DNA of 64,000 nt. Source: Tetramitus jugosus. Taxonomy: Eukaryota; Protista; Heterolobosea. A program made the translations under genes and the position numbers. A model generated the notes under the pieces. The model had not been told where the DNA came from, made no database searches, and saw only the letters and a list, made by a program, of their open reading frames with translations. Location of the stretch: NCBI GenBank assembly GCA_937625935.1, contig OW569393.1:1-64000 (forward strand), read 5' to 3'. Below, piece after piece: positions 57,901-64,000 of this stretch. Numbering within the stretch: the stretch's first letter is position 1; every line of letters starts with the position of its first letter.

Positions 57901-58764
57901 ATCATGATATAATGAATCTACTACTGACGCCTCAAAGTGGGAATACATCCCCTGCAAAGCTTCCCAATCATTCATATTCAACTGATCTTGATTCAAAAAT
58001 AGATAAGACAAAGAACAGGATTGAATATCCACAGGGCTTAAATTGCTTTGGGTCGTTGAATAATATGGGAGAGATGTCGCTTTTGTAATTGATTGTCGTC
58101 CCTTATTTGAAAACATCTTTAACCTCGCCAACGTATCAGCATTACCTCTCAACAGGACACCAATAAAGTTCAGGTTCTTGGTTGAACTTGGCAATGAACG
58201 AGCAATAACCTCCAATTGATATGGCTCCATTGTAAAAAGTGAATTACTAGATCTACGATTCACAGTGCCCAAAATATCCAATGTTTCCAGTTGAGTCAAC
58301 TTTGGCAACATTGTATTCACACATTGATTGAAATGAATGGGACGGAGAGAACCGAAACCTAATCGAAGGTGCTTCACATTGGGAAACATTTTGGCCAAAA
58401 AGTCAAACAAATGAGACCTCTCACCATCAAGATTAAACAAATTACATTGGTCTCCAATAGAACCAATGGGCTTCAAACAAACCAATGTCTGACCATTATC
58501 CCTGAAATAATACTTTGGTTTACCATCGTCCACCAGACTCAAATATTCCACATTGGCATAAATGTGTTCTTGAAACTCAATGAGCCACTGAGAGCAAACA
58601 GATCTCAAAACGAAATAATAAGGAAAAGCAGGAATGAACTGCATAATCAAGTGAAAGATTTCTCTGGGAATGAGAAGTTCACCCATGATAAAAAAGTCCA
58701 AAATCTCATCATGTCGAGGTTCTTCTTCCTGGAGAACATTCATGGCTTCACTCAACACATTCAT
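54988..58764 (-). CDS. F-box plus ankyrin-repeat protein (paralogue 2, tandem duplicate)
   Basis: Colinear with paralogue 1, with long identical blocks. Confidence 0.88.
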   Translation of the reverse strand: MNVLSEAMNVLQEEEPRHDEILDFFIMGELLIPREIFHLIMQFIPAFPYYFVLRSVCSQWLIEFQEHIYANVEYLSLVDDGKPKYYFRDNGQTLVCLKPIGSIGDQCNLFNLDGERSHLFDFLAKMFPNVKHLRLGFGSLRPIHFNQCVNTMLPKLTQLETLDILGTVNRRSSNSLFTMEPYQLEVIARSLPSSTKNLNFIGVLLRGNADTLARLKMFSNKGRQSITKATSLPYYSTTQSNLSPVDIQSCSLSYLFLNQDQLNMNDWEALQGMYSHFEASVVDSLYHDDYPLNLSPVSYLTYMSKKEGVVLSYMKDLRRDTDEIVEATIDTVVREYPYFQPLLSLAAAGCKNAMIQSIPQTKWDLQDVVKTDNGLLLRTLELLTDPSRMKYPELVFNIDSTVSVGTVNSTPITLLSFLITRCSVKDNDRMLNLTKRVIDTYYPSMTVNGVRNYLVETIVDLPHCGARTDLMRYLLTLKPELISLGDLDGIINGDQKDLQIIQLFLKHRFDLAEEEILEDIKYLVTAGASLTQVDREGNNILHSACRIVSIDLVEYLLSLVPDSLLFERNKQGQTPIEQIYLGKCSIYRRPSFLDEVAKFPCFKNQALTDYKTSCGTLLHAAMKHGDRTTIRWSIENGFDANALNENGENALFYSFSKEKHYHWTGTNQADFVDRYAFELIKAGAQVGHENNEGETVITSVLRNKNYQLINTIIQTPSISSEPLSKLLAPRMKYGLNALHYLVQKMVDIVKSMQDMDKERRTLHLGDYPVAKHCAQLCLEHYPEMLHERSEVSSEDSNAESFRGIRGVSPLQILLGARRGLFLMEELSIDLSVIANKPVFASKDPNVIAPIPVLYLALEVALNIPLFDRLMTYTDNVLIRDETQATKPNLLHIAVERGASLCQYVINHWKERYPNQEELNQLINQPLENTGAGGQKPTNAALIACRLSDYEVFSILWPFMKPVAAQFDCPVKIALENEYYRFAFSAVVFDSIVPSKTQLHQIIRQSLVEYSDSSEHESKFVSLMIQTEEKLPNPSWLELLMQTPSGEIDPEESDHIKHLNTVQLLASRGAASMFSWLVQHYSDDPLLDRAVRAVDPLTGNTLLHLLTNRHQTDPSPLLFALVSRFELDNASKRTKQFEPTALPSPDHLNMKELTEFINIRNKIGRTCLHDAAVNRVCSLLRHLLVLGASIEIQDDNGNTPLELMSDTSRQIVEEVLDMRGIDKSGKKRKIMEEVNEENSDEGSDSDTDDDRRKRRRRII

Positions 58765-58929
58765 TTCTTCTCACCTTGTCCATCTTCACAAAAAAAAGAA
58801 CATAACAAAAAGCTTTTTTCAAACCAAATGGAAACGCGGGAAACATCTTCCCGCCAAAAAAAGTTCCACAAAATCAGCGAACCTCACTCAAGAAAAAAAA
58901 ACGCACGATTAACACAAACAGAACGGACG

Positions 58930-60930
58930 ATGCACCTGAGAAACACGCCCATCATTATTGATGAATTTCGGTACATTCCAGGTTGCTACATTTACCTATT
59001 GAGTCACATGCACACTGATCATACCAGTGGTCTCAACCCCAGTTGGAACAATGGTACAATTTATTGTACGCACAGTACCCGTGCATTGTTGCTCCACAAA
59101 TTCAAGGTCAAACAAGAACTGGTGATTGGTCTAAATGAAGATGAATGTCATCAAATCTCACTTGATTCCAAAGTAACGATGCAAGTCACGTTAATTGATG
59201 CAAATCATTGTCCTGGTGCTTGCATGTTCCTGCTGGACGGGTATTTTGGACGAGTGTTTTGTACTGGTGATTTTCGATTTGATCCAGTCATGTTACAGCA
59301 TCATGCATTGAGAAATATAAGTGGTACGATTGATGATTTGTACATGGATGATACGTTCTTGGATCCGGCGTATGATTTTCCGTCGAGGAAACAAGCTGGG
59401 GAGCAAATTGTGGATATTGTAAAGAATTTTGGTGAAGAAACCAAGTTTTTGGTGGGATCGGATAATTTGGGACGAGAGGAATTGTTGGTTGCGATTGGTT
59501 TGGCTCTAAAGTCATTGGTCGTTGTGGATAGAGAACGATTAGAGTCGTTGAATGTGCTGAGAAGACATATTCCATTGTTGCCCGATATTTTTACGGATCA
59601 TGTCAATCTGGGCCGTGTGATTGTCCTACCCAAGAAACAAGTCAATTACAAGACGGTTCAGCGATATAGGCAAGAAGTGGGGCCAACGATAGGTATTTGT
59701 CCATCTGGATGGTCCGCCCATTCTCTATCAAAGACTGAAAAGTATAAAACGAATTGGATTTATCGAGTGGCATATAGTTTGCACAGTTCTTTTCCAGAGC
59801 TGGTTCAATTTGTACAGTTTTTGAAGCCAAAGAATCTGTATTCAACGTCGAATCATGACAATGTCACTCTGAGAAACTACTTGGGTCAGTATTGTCAGAA
59901 CAGTGAGAATTCTGAGAGAAACATTGAGATTCCACGTTCTGTTCGTATGGCAATGGAAAAGAATAGGCATGTTTTTCAAGCCAGTAGTAGCACGAGTAGT
60001 AGTATTGGAAACGGAGGTACAATAATGAGACAACCCTGTTTGAAAAAGTGCTTTCGGAAGAGAAAACGTGTCAAAGGGCTTCATATTCGTGAAACGATTG
60101 AGATTAAGGATCCAAGTACAAAAGCACCAGTGACTGTAGATGTATCGAGTAGTGATGATGATGAAGACAATGAAGACAGTGTACTCGAGCTTGAAGCTTA
60201 CCCTTTGGAGTGTCTTCTTCAAGAGGCGGAGAATGAACCATCTAGCCCTCGTGATTCTTCTTCAGCAGATAATATCCACTCGGTCATTCAACACCTGCAG
60301 ACATTAGCTGATGAATCATCGCTCTTGAAATTGGATGAATCAAGCTCCGAAGAAGAAGATGGTGTTGAAATCATTGACAAAGAAGTCAAAATCTCTGACA
60401 GCCCTAGTGTATCATTCTGTAGTTCAACTCCCACTCCACCAAGCAAATCAAGTATTTGCTTGACTGGATCGTCTTCCAAGAGTAACAACACTGCAAGCTC
60501 TGAAAAACGGAAACGTCAGGAATATTATCCAATGATGAAACGAAGAAACACTCCCAACAGCTCAAAGCAATCTTCTAACCCCTTCTCGGATCAGCCCCCT
60601 TCATTGAATACCTCCCAGGCATCTCCAATGACCTCTCCATTCATTGATCTATCAAAGATACAATTATCAGATGAAATCGATGATGATATTGAGATAATAT
60701 CACCATCAAGAACCATACCTCTCTTTCAGCAGTTCGAAGCAACACCTACGAACAAACAATCAACAGAACAGTCCGTTCAAACTAGGGCACCAAACACTCC
60801 AACTAAATCCTCCTCTAAGTTGCCATTCTCCTCTTCTAAGCACTGGACAACACGCAGTTCGATCATATCAACTCCTGTGGTATCCCATACTCTTGCAAAC
60901 AAGAACCAAAACTATTTCGTAATTGACTAA
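58930..60930 (+). CDS. SNM1/Apollo (DCLRE1B-like) metallo-beta-lactamase/beta-CASP nuclease
   Basis: LSHMHTDHTSGL, DANHCPGA, TGDFRF, LYMDDTF, YSLHSSFPEL; S-rich tail. Confidence 0.9.
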   Translation: MHLRNTPIIIDEFRYIPGCYIYLLSHMHTDHTSGLNPSWNNGTIYCTHSTRALLLHKFKVKQELVIGLNEDECHQISLDSKVTMQVTLIDANHCPGACMFLLDGYFGRVFCTGDFRFDPVMLQHHALRNISGTIDDLYMDDTFLDPAYDFPSRKQAGEQIVDIVKNFGEETKFLVGSDNLGREELLVAIGLALKSLVVVDRERLESLNVLRRHIPLLPDIFTDHVNLGRVIVLPKKQVNYKTVQRYRQEVGPTIGICPSGWSAHSLSKTEKYKTNWIYRVAYSLHSSFPELVQFVQFLKPKNLYSTSNHDNVTLRNYLGQYCQNSENSERNIEIPRSVRMAMEKNRHVFQASSSTSSSIGNGGTIMRQPCLKKCFRKRKRVKGLHIRETIEIKDPSTKAPVTVDVSSSDDDEDNEDSVLELEAYPLECLLQEAENEPSSPRDSSSADNIHSVIQHLQTLADESSLLKLDESSSEEEDGVEIIDKEVKISDSPSVSFCSSTPTPPSKSSICLTGSSSKSNNTASSEKRKRQEYYPMMKRRNTPNSSKQSSNPFSDQPPSLNTSQASPMTSPFIDLSKIQLSDEIDDDIEIISPSRTIPLFQQFEATPTNKQSTEQSVQTRAPNTPTKSSSKLPFSSSKHWTTRSSIISTPVVSHTLANKNQNYFVID

Positions 60931-61530
60931 TACAAAACAGGAACCCGGAGATTCAGAAGTAATGGTGTTTCATTATCGAACCTCTTGCAAGGTTCTCCCA
61001 TCTACGCTACAGCTTATTGAAATTTCTGGTTGCGGCGAAGTTCCTTGTCTCTTATCCATCTACTCGAGCATGAAATACTGTCCACATCTTCAGCAACCAA
61101 ATCTGTTGTGGTTTGAGGGAAAGGAGCATTCCCAGGTTGACATGGGACATCTGTTCATGTTCGAACAAAAAATTTCTCGCGAATTTATTGAAACCACATT
61201 TGCTTTCGCCAAAATCAATGAACGGCGACAAAGTTCACAAACATCGATCCTTTAACCTAGATGATGAGCTTATTAAAGTAAGAATTTCCTCGAATCCAAC
61301 GCATATGCCTTCGAGTTATTCGTGGCGCGTCTCATGTGAACACCATGTCATAGTTACTCTGATACCTATTTTGCCCTATTACTAGTTCCAGTTCTCTTCG
61401 TTGCGAACAATTATTGCGGGAATTCTCCTCTGTCAGCTTGTTAACAAAAAAAATCATTTGATTTTTTACTTGACACAAAACAAATCAACAACAACTACTC
61501 TCACTTTTTTTTTTGTACAAATCATAAATA

Positions 61531-62418
61531 ATGGTCGTCCCAGAACTACACGAAGATCTCAAACAAGCACTTGCACTCGTTAGAAAACAACGAAACTTTT
61601 GTGTCGATGAATGGATTGACAAGAAAACGGACATGTTCAACGATTACATGAGAAAAAACAGACTCAAGGCCTGCTTGGTCAGTGTCAGCGGAGGAATCGA
61701 TTCTGCCGCCACTCTCGGCCTCATGATCGCCGCCAGTAAAAAGCCCGATTCTCCGATTGAACGTGTGTTGGGCATTGCGCAACCGATTCATTCTACGGAA
61801 GCGATTTGGAAGAGAGCGCTCGTGTGCGGAGAGCAAATGGGCGCAGAAATTATCACGGTCGATCAAACAAGCATCTATGATCAGTTGAGCGCTCTCGTTG
61901 AAAATCAAGTCAAGATTGAAGGCAATGATTTTTCAAGGGGACAACTCAGAAGCTACATGAGAACACCTGTTGGTTTCTATGTAGCTCAGTTGATGTCTCA
62001 GTCTGGTTATCCTTGTATCGTGTTGGGCACAGGCAACAGAGACGAAGATGGTTACTTGTACTATTTTTGTAAGGCGGGAGACGGTGTCGCCGATGTTCAA
62101 CTCATTAATGATTTGCACAAATCAGAGGTGTTTTTGATCTCAAAGAAGCTCAATGTGCCAGAGAGCATTATCAATGCACCACCAAGTGCTGATTTGTGGG
62201 ATGGACAGACAGATGAGGACGAATTGGGCTTTAGCTATGATTTTGTCGAGTTGTTGACAGAGTATTTGGACTATTCAGAAGAGGAACAACAAAGAATGCT
62301 CAATAGCTTTAGTGAAGAAGGATTGAAGCAGTTTAGAGAGCTGGAGAAGATGGCTGTGACTGTTCATAACAGAAATTCACACAAGGCTGACTATCCGTAC
62401 AATATCAACATTTTGTAA
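61531..62418 (+). CDS. nadE: Ammonia-dependent NAD+ synthetase (single-domain)
   Basis: SVSGGIDSA PP-loop, LGTGNRDE, KAGDG, DLHKSEV, PPSADLWDGQTDEDELG; no glutaminase domain. Confidence 0.92.
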   Translation: MVVPELHEDLKQALALVRKQRNFCVDEWIDKKTDMFNDYMRKNRLKACLVSVSGGIDSAATLGLMIAASKKPDSPIERVLGIAQPIHSTEAIWKRALVCGEQMGAEIITVDQTSIYDQLSALVENQVKIEGNDFSRGQLRSYMRTPVGFYVAQLMSQSGYPCIVLGTGNRDEDGYLYYFCKAGDGVADVQLINDLHKSEVFLISKKLNVPESIINAPPSADLWDGQTDEDELGFSYDFVELLTEYLDYSEEEQQRMLNSFSEEGLKQFRELEKMAVTVHNRNSHKADYPYNINIL

Positions 62419-62875
62419 AAAGAAGAATGAGAATAGAATTCCATCTATTGATTTTTAATTTGCTAGTAGCACACACTTGTTGTTCCAACCAATGTTGCAG
62501 CATACACAGATGACTTGTGAACAACAAGAACACACAGAAGAGCTTCATGCATGGACCACTGTTGTTTGTTATTCAAGAGCTCGAAAGGTGTTTCACAAAG
62601 ATTACTTCACCACAATCAACAACCATGAATGGAACTACTCACACAAGATGGTGGACTAGATCATCAAGAGTAAGCACAGAATCAAGGCATGTCAATCATA
62701 CCCCTCTCTTGTTTGCACAGATTTGCATTTCTAGCGGAGCATTTTTTGGCATAATTTTTTTTCGTTGAAGGATGCACGGACCGGTTGACAACGATGAAGT
62801 CAACCCGAGAGAAAAAACGAAAAATCAAAAAAAACAAACACACATCAAGTCACCAATCACATATAGCCAAAAAAC

Positions 62876-63382
62876 ATGTCAGCAGTTGAGACACCAAAGA
62901 AGACTTCCACCTTCGCACCAAGGTACGCTCCTCACATCACTTGTTCATCAATGAGTATTTGCATTCACCATTGAAACCCGCAAATTTCATTGTCATCCAT
63001 TTCTTTTTTGTCATTATTTTGAATTTTTCGCTTACCGTTCATGCTTTCCATATGATTCAGACTTTACTCAAGAGGTGTTGTTCTTGGATACAAGAGAAAC
63101 TTATCTAGACAATACAGCAACATCGTATTGGTCAGAGTCGAAGGATTGAGAACCAAGGTTGACTCCGAATTCTATTTGGGAAAGAGAGTTGCATATTTGA
63201 CTAGAGCAAAGGGTGGCAACAAGCAAGGACCAAAGTCATACCAAGGAAGAAAGGTTGTTTGGGGAAAGATTGTCAAGTCTCACGGTTCCTCTGGAGCTTT
63301 GAAGGCAAAGTTCAACACCAACTTGCCAGCAACTGCCATTGGTGGATCCATCAGAGTTTTCTTGTACCCATCCCGTGTTTAA
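62876..63382 (+). CDS. RPL35A: 60S ribosomal protein L35a (eL33), two exons (62876-62922, 63061-63382)
   Basis: The GT..AG intron 62923-63060 gives MSAVETPKKTSTFAPR|LYSRGVVLGYKR...FYLGKRVAY...WGKIVKSHGSSG...RVFLYPSRV. Confidence 0.95.
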
Positions 63383-64000
63383 ATCAATATAAACTGCCAC
63401 GTTTGTTATTAGAACTTGATTTTGTCACTTTTATTTTTTTATGCATGTTTGTTTTTTGTTGTTCCATTCAAATTTTCACACTGGGAATGCAAAAACTTGT
63501 CGAGTATCTAGATTTTGTCCAACAGAAACATTAAACTTCACAACTCAGTGCAATGGATAGCTGTGCATTTCGGTGCATCGCATCTTTGGGATAGGATCAG
63601 GTCGGACAACAACTTGCTAGTTTGCCGTAGTTGCTCGCGAGCGAGATCACCCCGTGGAAGCTTCAATTGTGCTTCTCCAATAATCATTTGAAGTTGGATC
63701 TCGCTCGAGATCGTTCCTTTATTTTCCCAGAGGCACCAGGTGTATACACAGTGAAGGAATTGCGGAACTCCAAAAGACACGCCACACCGGCAATGATTCA
63801 ATGTCTCAATGTTCGATGAACAGCAAGCGCGGATTCATAAAACTCCTCGTTTGTTATTCCAGCCTCCGAAAGAGATTTTGCCGACCAATGATCTTGGCTG
63901 TCTCGATACCCAAAATTTATCGTGAGGGATTTCGAAGGTGCATCCCCCCTCATTCTGCGGAAATGTTTTAATCGCCTTGCAGTGTTTGACGTCATTTCGG

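Noticed and set aside
58369-58929. 187-codon N-terminal extension of the SNM1/Apollo ORF
   Set aside because: Overlaps the opposite-strand F-box gene and its promoter; homology starts at ATG 58930
63538-64000. Minus-strand ORF fragments at the window end
   Set aside because: Multiple stops, truncated by the window, no recognisable motif

Overview
This is the left end of a eukaryotic chromosome. It begins with a ~730 bp (CCCAAA)n telomere (TTTGGG on the G-strand), preceded by a poly-C run that is probably an artefact. Genes are intron-poor, use the standard code, and include RCC1-EGF-kinase, F-box/ankyrin and F-box/LRR families, which suggests a free-living protist such as a heterolobosean amoeba (inference). 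The first ~26 kb is a subtelomeric zone of decayed mobile DNA: structured telomere-abutting repeat units, an rve-integrase relic, and a pseudogenised virus-like island (TPR, F-box, dUTPase, one giant unknown ORF) with a shared GAAAACGCGTTTTC palindrome. It also holds a complete Mutator-like element (TIRs, 9-bp TSD, SAP-Ulp1-MULE-SWIM) and a RAG1/Transib/CMC-like transposase relic. From 27 to 64 kb the window is mostly ordinary genes (glycosyltransferases, GFA, PNPO, KH-Smr, GCNA-like, two F-box-ankyrin paralogues, SNM1/Apollo-like, NadE, RPL35A) plus a MULE-derived MITE. The standout is an intact Fanzor1 (eukaryotic TnpB-like RNA-guided nuclease) at 42831-44744, followed by a compact, potentially pseudoknotted omega-RNA-like 3' element. 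All calls come from reading motifs by eye; no database search was run.
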